Positions 28,643 through 38,421 of a stretch of DNA of 64,000 nucleotides are shown piece after piece. Within the stretch, counting starts at the first letter, position 1. The number at the start of each line of letters is the position of its first letter. The position numbers and the translations under genes are program-made. The stretch spans positions 192,001 through 256,000 of the forward strand of contig CBFIDD010000002.1 in assembly GCA_965661285.1 (NCBI GenBank), read 5' to 3'. Source of the DNA: Poseidonia sp. Lineage in GTDB: Archaea > Thermoplasmatota > Poseidoniia > Poseidoniales > Poseidoniaceae. The notes under the pieces were generated by a model. The model did no database searches. It saw nothing but the letters and a program-made list of their open reading frames with translations, and was not told the DNA's origin.

Positions 28643-29560
28643 TCACACCCATTCGTGGAAGCAGACGTTACAGCGCTTGGTCCGAGGGCCGTCGTGGGTG
28701 ATAACGTCGCCATCGCACTCCGGGCACACGAGGGGGACGCCGTCCATCAATCCGCCTCGAGCGGGAGCTTCGGCGGCCTTGTTGGAAGGGGGGGATTTCT
28801 TGCGGTGTTGCTGGCTGCGCTTTGAACGCTGTTGACGCTTCTTCGCTTGGTTTGACTTGGCAGCGGGTTTGGTGGCGACCAAATGCAACAGGGGTTCTTT
28901 GAGCACTTCACCGGCGACGACCAACGGGTGCGTCCTGTAGCGTGCAAGTTTGATGTGGCGGTCGAGAATGCGTCCATAGGCAGCGCTCATACAGATATAA
29001 CAGCAAATCCATGCTGGGAAAAACAGGAATTTACCTTCAAGGAGATTCCACTCCGGGGACCACGGAAGGGAGACATAGTCCACCCGAAAGGTCTCCACCT
29101 TGGTGGTCAACCACGCGAAGATACCGATGATGAAAATCATGGTGAACATCATCGGTTTCATCGCCCCCATTTGGACCTCGAGTTGCTCTGGCATCATCTG
29201 CTGCTGGAGCGTCATGGCCTTTTCTTGCAAAATCGGGTCGCGGGAAAGGCGTGCCTCGTTCATGATTTGGCGAACTTGACCTTGGCGGTGTCCGATGTGC
29301 GCCTGGTCCATGGGGTCAACGAAGAAGTTGCGAATCACGGTGTTCAGCGTCATCGAAAAGATACCAAGAATCATCACCGTGATGACGAAAAACGACTCCT
29401 CGGGCAGCACAGGTGAGAGCAAAGGATCGGCCGTTGTCCCCAGCGATGTTCGAATCGAAGGCGTCATGATGAGGACGGTCATGAGGATCATGAACATCAG
29501 CATGACAAACATTGAGCCTCCCGGTGGCGGGGGTGGCGGGGGTGAGGAACCGTTGGCCAT
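28643..29560 (-). CDS. DUF106/EMC3/TMCO1 (Oxa1 superfamily) membrane insertase-like protein with C-terminal Zn-ribbon
   Basis: Gln/Met-rich coiled coil, MKPMMFTMIFII..FAWL, W..Y..S, terminal CPEC..CNVC. The position next to cmk/cbf5 is the usual archaeal context. Confidence 0.82.
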   Translation of the reverse strand: MANGSSPPPPPPPGGSMFVMLMFMILMTVLIMTPSIRTSLGTTADPLLSPVLPEESFFVITVMILGIFSMTLNTVIRNFFVDPMDQAHIGHRQGQVRQIMNEARLSRDPILQEKAMTLQQQMMPEQLEVQMGAMKPMMFTMIFIIGIFAWLTTKVETFRVDYVSLPWSPEWNLLEGKFLFFPAWICCYICMSAAYGRILDRHIKLARYRTHPLVVAGEVLKEPLLHLVATKPAAKSNQAKKRQQRSKRSQQHRKKSPPSNKAAEAPARGGLMDGVPLVCPECDGDVITHDGPRTKRCNVCFHEWV

Positions 29561-29671
29561 GATGGCTCTGCGATGATGGCAGGGCATGAAGGTTAGCATG
29601 GTTCTTTTCAAGACAGGCTGGTCTACACGGTGATGCGAGAACTTCAAACAAGGCGACGCTTTCGTCCCTTC

Positions 29672-30091
29672 ATGCGCCAGAAAGAACCGCTGGATGTTTC
29701 ACCCACATGGCGCTATCCGCTGCCCATGCCCATGCCGGGTCAGCCCGTGTGTGCCACGGAACTCGAGGCCATGGAACAAGTCGAGCGCTTGCCGGTTTCA
29801 CCTCGCATGTTTTTCTGGACCGACGCCCAGCGAAAATGCCCTCAGGATTGGGGCTTCATTGGCAGCGTTCGAGAAGGTGTCCCGCCGAGCGGAATCGAGG
29901 CTGAATTGATGGCATGGGCCGACCAATACCCAAAGGCGTGGCTGGCCGTTGATATGCGAGACGGTGCCGTGCCACCATCAACCGTGCGCCCCCTCAACGA
30001 GGTTTTGTCTTCACTGAATCGACCGGTCATCGTGATCGTGAGTCGTTCTCCCGAGCACGAAGAATGGCCACAATGGGTCCTCCCAGAGTAG
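29672..30091 (+). CDS. Hypothetical protein
   Basis: ORF of about 139 aa filling the gap between opposite-strand genes; start uncertain. Confidence 0.65.
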   Translation: MRQKEPLDVSPTWRYPLPMPMPGQPVCATELEAMEQVERLPVSPRMFFWTDAQRKCPQDWGFIGSVREGVPPSGIEAELMAWADQYPKAWLAVDMRDGAVPPSTVRPLNEVLSSLNRPVIVIVSRSPEHEEWPQWVLPE

Positions 30092-30136
30092 GGCGCCTAA
30101 CCGGGAAGCAACCCCCCGATTCGGTGGATGTTCATC

Positions 30137-33052
30137 TCATTCGGTGAACGTGTAGCCGCAGGCGTTGCAGGTGCCAGCATCCGCTGCATTAACGGTGGAA
30201 CAAATGGGACAGGCCTTCTCTTCGGCAGATGCCTCTTCGGCAGATGCCTCTTCAGCAGGCGCAGCCTCTTCTTCCTCGGTTTCCCCGTTGGCTTCGTTCC
30301 AAGCCTTGGCAGCGTCTTCCAATTCTGCCTTCTTGAGGTAGCCGTTGTCGTCGTGGTCGTAATCCACGGCGAATTCCACAAACGCATCTCGGTGGCTGGC
30401 GTCAATTCCAGCAGCGTCCATGACCCGCAAGAGCATGTCTTCTCGGAATTTCATCTTGGGAGCGCTCTCTTCAACCGCTTCTTCGGATTCAGCATCTTCG
30501 GATGCAGCGTCTTCAGATGCCGCCGCTTCCGTGGTCTCCGGCTCGGCCTCGGCTTCGGCTTCTGCCTCTTCCGACTCAACGCTGGGCAAATCCTCGGTTT
30601 CAATCTCATCGCCGAAGTGAACGCCGTGGAAGCGGTTCAGTGCTTCTGCGTCAACTTCCCCGCTTCCCTTGATGTCAAAGGACACTTCGAGACGCTCGCC
30701 CTTCTCCACCTTCGGAACATGCCACGTGATGTGAAGGCCACCTTCGCCCTCTTCGGAGGTCATGGTGACATCGTCTCGCTTGCCGTCAGCACTCTTCATT
30801 TCCCATTCCTTGATTTCAAATTGGGGTGGAAGAACATCGTTGATGTACAGGTCGCTGAGCGCCGTATCGCCGTTGTTCTCGAACAAGATGAGCACTTCGT
30901 AGCGACCCTTCCCACCCAGTGGAATGGCCTGCTTACCGGCGCTAAAGTTTCGGCGGTTGTGGACGACCTTCAGACTGGGAGTTTCGGTTGGTTCCCTGGT
31001 GCAGATGGGGCCGAAGCGTTCGGCACTGAACTCGATACGAGCAGGGGCGTCCACTCGCTCGTTGGCCGGCGAGGGGTCGGGAGCCGAAAGTGGGTAGGAG
31101 ATTTCGATTTTCTTTCCTGCTTTGAGGCCGATGGGACCGCGAGTTCCGACGGTCAGCATCATGGTATGACCTTGGCCGTCGGGTGAGCGGTGTTCCTTCT
31201 CAAGCGTGATGCCTTCGGAAAGTTCCACCTTGTACTGGTCGTCGTCGATGATTTTGCCGTCGATCTTGATGCTCAACTGCTCCTTAGTGGGCGCTTCGAA
31301 CAGTCCGGGAATGTCGTCGGTGATGCGCATCAGATTGATGGTGGATGAACCCTTGTTGACGAGGGTCATGGTCGCCTGAATCTTCTGCTCACGATAGGAG
31401 CGGAGGTTTTCCGTGGAGTAGGTTTTGGAAACATCTGCCTCCAACACCTCGAGTTTCTTCTCCTCGAGCGTCATCGTTCCCTCGGAGGTCTGAACCGCCT
31501 TGGGCAGCACCGTATAGGAGAGGTCGTAGGTGAAGTCTGGCTCGGACTGTGCCATCACCGTTCGCTCATCTGACTCCCACTTTCCATTCGGACCCACATC
31601 CTGGTCGACATCGTGAACGTCAAAGAGAAGGTCCTCACTTCCCTTCATGCTCACTTGCAACTTGGTCAAATCAACAGCAAAGGAAGAGCGGTTTTCGAAG
31701 ATGGCTTTGCAAATCCAATTGTCAGGACGCTCGTCTTCTCGGACGCGCATGTAGGTGAAACCGCGACAAAACGCATCCAACTCGCGGAAGGACATGTTCG
31801 AGACCGTAGCGTCTGCCTTGTAGGTGGCCGCTGCCTTTCCAGCCTTGATGGCCTTGGTGGAGTCAACCCTGATGGTTCCCTCAAGGGCAAGGGTTTGGGT
31901 TTCGCCAGCCTGTAGGCGACCGACGGTCCACGTGATGACACCGTCGTCGAGCTCGGCTCCCGGAGCCATTTCAAAGTGCATAGCATCGGCCAGTGGGCGA
32001 GTAACAACGACATCGTGAAGTTCAACCCCAGAGAGGTTTTCCACTTCAAGTTCAAGGGAAAGAGGGCCGGGATCCTCACCGATGGCGACGGACAAGGAAC
32101 GTTCTTGCGAACGGGATGGGTTGGTGTCCAATCGCTCTCGCAGGGTCATCATTTGCCTTCCGCTGACCTTGTAAGACTCGGTGTGCTTCTTGCTCGGTTC
32201 GAGTTCGTCCACGGAGACGTGTTCGCCACCAAGGTCGGTTGAACCAATGTTGTCAAGGAGGACATCGATGTCGTAGATGCGGTCGTCTGCCGAGGGGTTG
32301 TTCACCGTCAGGGTACCCTTCACGTTCTGCTTGATGATGTTACCATCAGCGTTCAAGGTGGTGGTTTCCACCTCGTGAAGCGTGCCTTCCAGTTTGTCCC
32401 CATTTACGGCTTCGACTTCGGCGCGACTTCGAATCTTGGCACCGGCTTGTTCACCGGTCAAGTCGGACGGAGCCAGGTCAGGAACCGGTGCATCCGAGGT
32501 ATCACCAAGCGAGAGGGCAGCAAGCGGGTCGGCTGCTGGGGCCTCGGGGGGTGCGGGTGGTGCTGGAGGTGCGGCGAGCGGGTCCATCAACGGGTCGGCG
32601 GCCGGTGCTTCGGGCATGGGCGGCATCTCGGGTGGAGCAGGTGGTGCCAGTGGTGCTGCCAAGGGGTCCATCAGCGGGTCGGCGGCCGGTGCTTCGGGCA
32701 TGGGTGGCATGGGCGGCATCTCGGGTGCTTCTGGTGGAGCAGGTGGTGCCGGTGGTGCTGCCAAGGGGTCCATCAGCGGGTCGGCGGCCGGTGCTTCGGG
32801 CATCGAGGGCATGGGCGGCATCTCGGGCGGTGCTGGTGGAGCGTCGGGCATCGGAGGCATGGGCGGCATACCGGGCGGTGCTGGAGGTGCATCTGGCATC
32901 GGAGGCATGGGCGGCATCTCGGGCGGTGCTGGAGGTGCGTCGGGCATCGGAGGCATAGGCGGCATACCGGGCGGTGCTGGCGGGGCTTCGCCTGGAGGCA
33001 TAGGTGGCATTGGTGGTAGGCCAGGAGGCATCGGGGGTTTCTCTTCGCTCAT
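30137..33052 (-). CDS. Large Pro-rich beta-sandwich protein (mu-homology/DUF11-like domains, EF-hand, Zn-ribbon)
   Basis: Poly-Pro repeats, several Ig-like beta domains, EF loop DHDDNGYLKKAE and terminal CPIC..CNAC. No signal peptide or TM segment seen. Confidence 0.8.
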   Translation of the reverse strand: MSEEKPPMPPGLPPMPPMPPGEAPPAPPGMPPMPPMPDAPPAPPEMPPMPPMPDAPPAPPGMPPMPPMPDAPPAPPEMPPMPSMPEAPAADPLMDPLAAPPAPPAPPEAPEMPPMPPMPEAPAADPLMDPLAAPLAPPAPPEMPPMPEAPAADPLMDPLAAPPAPPAPPEAPAADPLAALSLGDTSDAPVPDLAPSDLTGEQAGAKIRSRAEVEAVNGDKLEGTLHEVETTTLNADGNIIKQNVKGTLTVNNPSADDRIYDIDVLLDNIGSTDLGGEHVSVDELEPSKKHTESYKVSGRQMMTLRERLDTNPSRSQERSLSVAIGEDPGPLSLELEVENLSGVELHDVVVTRPLADAMHFEMAPGAELDDGVITWTVGRLQAGETQTLALEGTIRVDSTKAIKAGKAAATYKADATVSNMSFRELDAFCRGFTYMRVREDERPDNWICKAIFENRSSFAVDLTKLQVSMKGSEDLLFDVHDVDQDVGPNGKWESDERTVMAQSEPDFTYDLSYTVLPKAVQTSEGTMTLEEKKLEVLEADVSKTYSTENLRSYREQKIQATMTLVNKGSSTINLMRITDDIPGLFEAPTKEQLSIKIDGKIIDDDQYKVELSEGITLEKEHRSPDGQGHTMMLTVGTRGPIGLKAGKKIEISYPLSAPDPSPANERVDAPARIEFSAERFGPICTREPTETPSLKVVHNRRNFSAGKQAIPLGGKGRYEVLILFENNGDTALSDLYINDVLPPQFEIKEWEMKSADGKRDDVTMTSEEGEGGLHITWHVPKVEKGERLEVSFDIKGSGEVDAEALNRFHGVHFGDEIETEDLPSVESEEAEAEAEAEPETTEAAASEDAASEDAESEEAVEESAPKMKFREDMLLRVMDAAGIDASHRDAFVEFAVDYDHDDNGYLKKAELEDAAKAWNEANGETEEEEAAPAEEASAEEASAEEKACPICSTVNAADAGTCNACGYTFTE
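32515..33040 (-). repeat. Intragenic tandem repeats encoding APPAPP(G/E)MPPMPPMPD x4 and EAPAADPLMDPLAAP x3
   Basis: 48-nt and about 45-nt imperfect repeats are visible in both DNA and protein. Confidence 0.9.
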
Positions 33053-33208
33053 CGTACATTCCTCAGCATCGCTCGGGTGCGATGAGTTCTTGGACACATG
33101 CTGAGCACATAACCATTCTCCAACATTGCGTTGAACGCATCATTTCGGACATGTCCCAACAAACGGGGAGGAAGGAGGTTTCTTGTAGGGTCGGCAGAAC
33201 CGAAGGCC

Positions 33209-34027
33209 ATGGTCGGTATGGACAACAGTTCGCCACCTGTTCTTTTCGTGGTTGGCACGGCGGGCGCAGGAAAATCTTCGCTGGTTACATCTTTTCAACG
33301 CTGGTCTCGCTTTTTGGAGACCGAGGCCATTGCGGTGAACCTTGACCCGGGTGCTGAGCGCGTCCACTACGACGCCGAATTTGATGTTCGGGACCTCATC
33401 TCCTTGACCGAAGTGATGGACGAGTATGACCTCGGGCCCAACGGAGCTCAAATTCTCGCTGCGGACCTCTTGGCCGCTCAGGCCGGCGAAGTGGCCGATC
33501 AGCTCCACACGCTCTCGGGTGAAATCATGATCGTTGACACACCCGGACAGGTCGAACTGTTCGCTTTCCGCGAAGCCAGCAACCACTTGATTGAAACCCT
33601 TGGTCGAGAGCAATCCGCCATCATTTACCTCTTCGACCCCATGCTGTCCCGCTCGCCGTCGGGATTCGTCTCACAAATGCTTCTCTCGTCCATCGTTGAG
33701 TTCCGCCTCGGCCTGCCAACGAAGAACTTCCTGTCGAAGGCCGACCTGCTGGAACCGGAAGAACTGGACCAAATCCTTGAATGGTCCGAGCGCCTTGAAA
33801 TTCTCGAGTTGGCACTCTATGACGAAGCAGGTGGTCAGCGAACCGAATTTGCCATCAACCAACTCCGTATGATGCAAGAGTTCTCTCAAGCCCCGGGACT
33901 CACCCCCCTGTCCTCAGAACTCGAAGAAGGACTGGCCGATATTCTGACGTTTGCACAGGCGCTGTTTGGAGGCATGAGCGATGCCCGTGATGGCTTTGCA
34001 GCCGACATTGAGCACGAAAAGAACTGA
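33209..34027 (+). CDS. GPN-loop GTPase (PAB0955 family)
   Basis: Motifs GTAGAGKS, NLDPG, LGPNGA, DTPGQVELF and SKAD. Confidence 0.93.
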   Translation: MVGMDNSSPPVLFVVGTAGAGKSSLVTSFQRWSRFLETEAIAVNLDPGAERVHYDAEFDVRDLISLTEVMDEYDLGPNGAQILAADLLAAQAGEVADQLHTLSGEIMIVDTPGQVELFAFREASNHLIETLGREQSAIIYLFDPMLSRSPSGFVSQMLLSSIVEFRLGLPTKNFLSKADLLEPEELDQILEWSERLEILELALYDEAGGQRTEFAINQLRMMQEFSQAPGLTPLSSELEEGLADILTFAQALFGGMSDARDGFAADIEHEKN

Positions 34028-34066
34028 GCGCACAACGCTTAGAAGCCGCCTTGTGGTGGTGATGCC

Positions 34067-35035
34067 ATGGTACAACACCTTCTGGCCATTGACGATGTTG
34101 ACGAAGACTTTGAAGGAATTCTCAAGTGGGCGATTGAATTCAAGCGACTATGGAAACAGGGCGATGATGTTGCGCTGAATTTCCTTCCCCTCGACACCCT
34201 CGCTATCGGTTCGATTTACGAAAAGCCATCCACGCGGACCCGTGTGTCGTTCGAAGTCGGCGTCCAGCGACTCGGTGGCAGTGCGCTGACGCTGCTCAAG
34301 AACGACATCCAACTCGGGAAATCAGAAACGGTTGGCGACACATCGCAGGTCCTTTCTCGGTTTTTGGGCGGCATGACCTACCGTTGCTTTGCTCATGCTG
34401 ATGTTGAGGAATTGGCGAAACACGCCACCGTGCCGGTCATCAATGCGCTCTCGGCCAAGCACCATCCCTGCCAAGCCGCTGCTGACTTGATGACCGTGAT
34501 GGAACACCACGACGACACGGAGGATTTGACCGTGGCGTGGGTGGGGGACGGCAACAACGTGCTGCACGATTTGATGTTGGCGTGTGCCATGCTCGGCATC
34601 AACATTCGATACGCCTGTCCTGAAGGATACGAACCTGCAGAGGATGTCGTGGAACGCACCAAGGCCTTTGCGAAGGCTAATGGAAGCGATGTCATGCACA
34701 CCACCGACCCCCTCGAAGCCGTGAAGGATGCGCATGTGGTCTACACCGATGTCTTCATTTCAATGGGCGAAGAACACATGACCGACAAAATGGAAGCCTT
34801 TGACGGCTACCAGGTGAACGAAGCCATGGTCGGCCACATGGACGAGGCGTGGTCGTTCATGCACTGCCTGCCTGCTCACCGAGGCGAGGAAGTCACCGAC
34901 TGGGTCATGGACCATGAACAGAGCATCGTCTTCGACCAAGCGGAAAACAGAATGTGGGCCCAAATGTCGCTCATGACCTACCTCATCAACCGCAGTGCGT
35001 GGGATGCGATGGGTGAATTCATGGGTCTGGTTTGA
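34067..35035 (+). CDS. argF: Ornithine carbamoyltransferase
   Basis: Motifs KPSTRTR, HPCQ, GDGNN, SMG, HCLP and QAENR. Confidence 0.94.
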   Translation: MVQHLLAIDDVDEDFEGILKWAIEFKRLWKQGDDVALNFLPLDTLAIGSIYEKPSTRTRVSFEVGVQRLGGSALTLLKNDIQLGKSETVGDTSQVLSRFLGGMTYRCFAHADVEELAKHATVPVINALSAKHHPCQAAADLMTVMEHHDDTEDLTVAWVGDGNNVLHDLMLACAMLGINIRYACPEGYEPAEDVVERTKAFAKANGSDVMHTTDPLEAVKDAHVVYTDVFISMGEEHMTDKMEAFDGYQVNEAMVGHMDEAWSFMHCLPAHRGEEVTDWVMDHEQSIVFDQAENRMWAQMSLMTYLINRSAWDAMGEFMGLV

Positions 35036-35914
35036 TCACAATGCCCCAGCCGCAACGAAGCTGATGAGACCCAGCAGCATGGCGATTCGAATACGACCGG
35101 CGACCAAGACGTCATCCCCTTTATAGAGCGGACCGTTGAGCGTGATGAGGGTCAAAATCGCCGGGGTTTGAAGCACCAGTTGACCAAACGCGAAGGGGCC
35201 GCGCCAGAACGGCATGTAAAGGCACACGAGAGCACCCATGATAACGACATAGGCAGCCATCCGGACTTTCTCCTTCCCGTACGTCATCGGCAAGGTTTCA
35301 CGACTGCCTTCATCGGCTTCCATGTCCATGCAATCCTTCACCATCTCTCGAGCAAGGTTGGTCAAGAACACGACACCAAAGACCCACCAAATCACGGGTT
35401 CTGTGATACCACCGACGCCAGAGGCCCCGTAGAGAATGACCGCAGCCACCAGCAGGGAGATGACGATGTTTCCAGATAACCCCTGGTTTTTTGTTGCTGG
35501 CCCGTGGTCGTAGGTCACCATGAGAACCACGGCAAGAATGTAAATCAGCACCGTAGGTAGGTAGACACCGACTTCTGGCTCCACCACCAGCAAGCCACCG
35601 ATATGGGCGAACACGCTCAAACCCCAGAGAAGTGAAGTGAAACCCTGTGCCTGCGAAAGGGTCAGCCGGCCGGAAGGAAGCGGACGTTGTGGGTGAGCCG
35701 TTTGGTCGAGGTCGGCATCTTTGATGTCGTTCATGGCGTTGCCAGCACCGGTAAAGAATACCACAGCGAGCGTGTGGAGGCCGACGGCGAGCCATGGAAA
35801 ATCTGCACCCTGCTCCATCAATGCAAAGTAAGCACCGAGGGGAACGGTCGCACCTGCGAGAACCAAGTTCTTCGGACGCATCAATTCAATGAACGCACCG
35901 AGGCGACCTGCCAT
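35036..35914 (-). CDS. Digeranylgeranylglyceryl phosphate synthase (UbiA family)
   Basis: Motifs RPKN, NDIKDADLD..HPQRPLPSG and REMVKDCMDMEAD. Confidence 0.85.
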   Translation of the reverse strand: MAGRLGAFIELMRPKNLVLAGATVPLGAYFALMEQGADFPWLAVGLHTLAVVFFTGAGNAMNDIKDADLDQTAHPQRPLPSGRLTLSQAQGFTSLLWGLSVFAHIGGLLVVEPEVGVYLPTVLIYILAVVLMVTYDHGPATKNQGLSGNIVISLLVAAVILYGASGVGGITEPVIWWVFGVVFLTNLAREMVKDCMDMEADEGSRETLPMTYGKEKVRMAAYVVIMGALVCLYMPFWRGPFAFGQLVLQTPAILTLITLNGPLYKGDDVLVAGRIRIAMLLGLISFVAAGAL

Positions 35915-35953
35915 GGTTGAGTGCAGGCGTCTTTGATTCTTGATTCCTTGGAC

Positions 35954-36193
35954 TCAAGCGGCGGCCATGGACCAAACACAGACACGCATTCGGAACCCAC
36001 CGACATCGGTACCCTCGTCAAAGCCCACTTTGACAAAGCGACGGTCTCGAGCGAGGACGTTGCCGAGCTGGTTCATCGTTGCACCCCATCGAAAACGACG
36101 GTTGACGTGGTCGAGGATGACGGTGGTGTTGGCCTCACCCACCTCGCTGAGGAAGGAGAGGATTTCGGAGCGAAGTCGCTTGGTCCGACTCAT
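35954..36193 (-). CDS. Small winged-helix DNA-binding protein (DUF3860-like)
   Basis: Pattern RTKRLR...NTT.I.DHVN...WGATMNQLGNVLARD. Confidence 0.75.
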   Translation of the reverse strand: MSRTKRLRSEILSFLSEVGEANTTVILDHVNRRFRWGATMNQLGNVLARDRRFVKVGFDEGTDVGGFRMRVCVWSMAAA

Positions 36194-36450
36194 CAGGCCT
36201 CACCTCGGACGATGCGCTGAAGCAGGGATTGCATGCTTCGGGAGAGCGGCGCCTTTGTGGAGGCGGCACCCGGGCCTGCAATCGGCTGCCAACCGATCTG
36301 CTCGGTCTTCTGTGGCAGACGTCCCGTAGCGTGGGCGAGGTGTGTTTGACTGTTCTTCACCCAGGACGGCTCGGTGTGTACGGTGGTCGAAGCGACCATG
36401 TCAGCAAAGCACAGATGTTCGGACAGATTTGGTTGTTCCATGGTTGCCAT
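36193..36450 (-). CDS. Hypothetical protein coupled to the DNA-binding protein gene
   Basis: TGATG stop/start overlap at 36193 and a GGAGG SD-like sequence near its 3' end. Confidence 0.6.
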   Translation of the reverse strand: MATMEQPNLSEHLCFADMVASTTVHTEPSWVKNSQTHLAHATGRLPQKTEQIGWQPIAGPGAASTKAPLSRSMQSLLQRIVRGEA

Positions 36451-36636
36451 TCCGTGGCGGTGGTATATCAACCGACGAAAGAGGGGTCGGGTTGAAGAAA
36501 AACGCCATGTCAAGCGCAGGCCCTCGTTTTTCAGTTTTCAATTTTAGTTAAAGTGAATGAAAATCTTCCCTTGACAGCCCACACGAAAGCATGGCGTGAT
36601 GGCTAAATAGGAAAGGCCAGTCCGAAAGCCTACCAC

Positions 36637-36709
36637 GCTCGTATAGTGTAGTGGCCCATCATGAAGGACTCTCATTCCTTCGACCCGGGTTCAAATCCCG
36701 GTACGAGCA
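36637..36709 (+). tRNA. tRNA-Glu(CTC)
   Basis: GCTCGTATAGTGTAGTGGCCCATCATGAAGGACTCTCATTCCTTCGACCCGGGTTCAAATCCCGGTACGAGCA folds as a cloverleaf. A TAAATA box lies about 30 nt upstream. Confidence 0.96.
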
Positions 36710-36765
36710 CTCCGATCTTACGTACGATTGTACGGACGGAACCATTGAGTTTCCCGGTACGAGCA
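36696..36765 (+). repeat. 70-bp exact repeat copy 1 (core + 42-nt spacer + core)
   Basis: Identical to 39261-39330. Confidence 0.95.
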
Positions 36766-36918
36766 TCCATCTGACGTCAAAACTTTTGACCTGCGTCAGT
36801 GCACATCAAATACTTTCTTTTATGCTCATTGGACCTCATTTTGATAGCACATTAAGTGCTCTGCTGAATTGTACAGAGATTAGGCCATCATTGAAAACTC
36901 ACAATCCGGCTTAGGACC

Positions 36919-37183
36919 TTGGAAGAATCAGAAGCACGGAGAATCGCTGCTGAAACACAAGGGCACTCAACCCTGAACAAATTCATTCGAACTGTTGTTA
37001 ACTCGGCTATTCTTGATTTTGATGGGAACGGGGATGAATTCGAGGTGCAAACTCAACAAAAATTCGATGAAAAAATGCATCGAATGAAAGGGCAACGTTT
37101 CCGTTCGTTTGATAGAATATGTTGAGTCCCATGACCCATATGAATAGGTTAAATGGGTTGTCGGCGAAACGGGTGACATTGAT
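36919..37183 (+). pseudogene. Probable decayed ORF fragment in cassette 1
   Basis: 68-aa ORF with only a TTG start; a protein-like continuation in another frame is broken by stops. Confidence 0.3.
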
Positions 37184-37247
37184 TGATATGGTCGTTATAC
37201 AATCGTATACTGAGTGCATGAGCAGTCGGTGGAGAGTGTCCAAATTT

Positions 37248-38180
37248 TCAGAATTCCCAAGCGAATCCAGTTTTCTCTTCTGAATCCTTCCACAATCGAG
37301 TCATCGTCTCCTTCTCGTAAGCGTGGGCTTCCAACTGATTTTCTGCAACAGGACCAACCCAATCCAATGCTCCTGTAGGTCCGTACAGCGCTCGCTCTTG
37401 CAAGTCATTCGAAGTAGCACACATTAGTTGTGAGTATGCTCCTTTTTTGGCAGATTGCACTATTGGTAGAAGCACCATAATTCCCCAAATAAAACGTGTA
37501 ACCATACTTGCATTCGTCTTAATCAACGATGTTTTGGCAGCTCCTGGATGACAAACGAAGACTTTAGTTTCCTTTTTTGCGAGAGAGATTCTATCTTGTA
37601 ATTCATACGCAAACATCATCAGAGCAAGTTTGCTTTGACTGTAAGCGGTGTTTGAATTATACTTTTTATCCCAATTCATGTCTTCAAAATTGATTGTCTT
37701 CATTCCCATTTTATACCCTAAGCTGGAAACAACAACGATTCTGCCTTGATTTTTTTCGATTGAAGGGAAGAGCATTCCTGCCAACAAAAAGTGTCCGTAA
37801 TGATTTGTTCCTAGCTGTACCTCAAAACCATCAACTGTAAGAGTTCTTTTAGGCGTTTGAGCAATTGCGGCATTACAGATCAATACATCGATCTTTTGCT
37901 TCCTCTCAATCAGCACATTTGCAGCATCTCTTACCGACTCTAAATCTGACAAATCTAACTTTACAAATTTCAAGGGTTGATTTTCTGCAAGTTCGTTGTT
38001 AATCTCCTGCATGATTCGATTGGATTTTTGCTCATTCCTGTTCAACATCGTGACTTCTGCTCCCTTTGCAAGCAGGATTTTTATGGCCTCTAGTCCAATT
38101 CCTGAGCTGGCTCCGGTGATGACGACAGACTTGCCTTCTAGACTTTGAATTAAATCGGGAGTCCATCCACTTGATGCCAT
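37248..38180 (-). CDS. SDR oxidoreductase (retinol dehydrogenase/WWOX-like), AT-rich cargo
   Basis: Motifs TGASSGIG, LDLSDLESV, CNAAI, TNHYGHF, YSQSK and HPG. Codon usage differs visibly from the host genes. Confidence 0.9.
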   Translation of the reverse strand: MASSGWTPDLIQSLEGKSVVITGASSGIGLEAIKILLAKGAEVTMLNRNEQKSNRIMQEINNELAENQPLKFVKLDLSDLESVRDAANVLIERKQKIDVLICNAAIAQTPKRTLTVDGFEVQLGTNHYGHFLLAGMLFPSIEKNQGRIVVVSSLGYKMGMKTINFEDMNWDKKYNSNTAYSQSKLALMMFAYELQDRISLAKKETKVFVCHPGAAKTSLIKTNASMVTRFIWGIMVLLPIVQSAKKGAYSQLMCATSNDLQERALYGPTGALDWVGPVAENQLEAHAYEKETMTRLWKDSEEKTGFAWEF

Positions 38181-38359
38181 AATGCTCCGTCTTTGGGTTA
38201 GTTCATATTGGTTACGGACAATAGGTCAGGCTTCTCTTTTCGGCAAATTCATCATAGAAGATTATCATTGCGAATAAGAATTGAAATAGGTCCATGACAG
38301 GCATTACCCTTTGATTGGTTGCCTCAAAGGTCAATTTTGAAGTCAATCAGATGTGGGTA

Positions 38360-38373
38360 TCCCGGTACGAGCA
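38360..38373 (+). repeat. att-like copy of the tRNA-Glu 3' end
   Basis: TCCCGGTACGAGCA; a 15-nt match including the preceding A. Confidence 0.92.
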
Positions 38374-38421
38374 TTCTCTATATTAAAAAAATTAAATTTT
38401 ACAGTTCGCTAAACCCATGAC

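Noticed and set aside
32375-33104. Gly/Ala-rich and Arg-rich ORFs on the plus strand and alternate frames
   Set aside because: They are shadows of the poly-Pro repeat region of the minus-strand gene.
36651-36914. 87-aa ORF starting inside tRNA-Glu
   Set aside because: It overlaps the tRNA and att repeats and has no recognisable motifs; there is no tyrosine recombinase signature.
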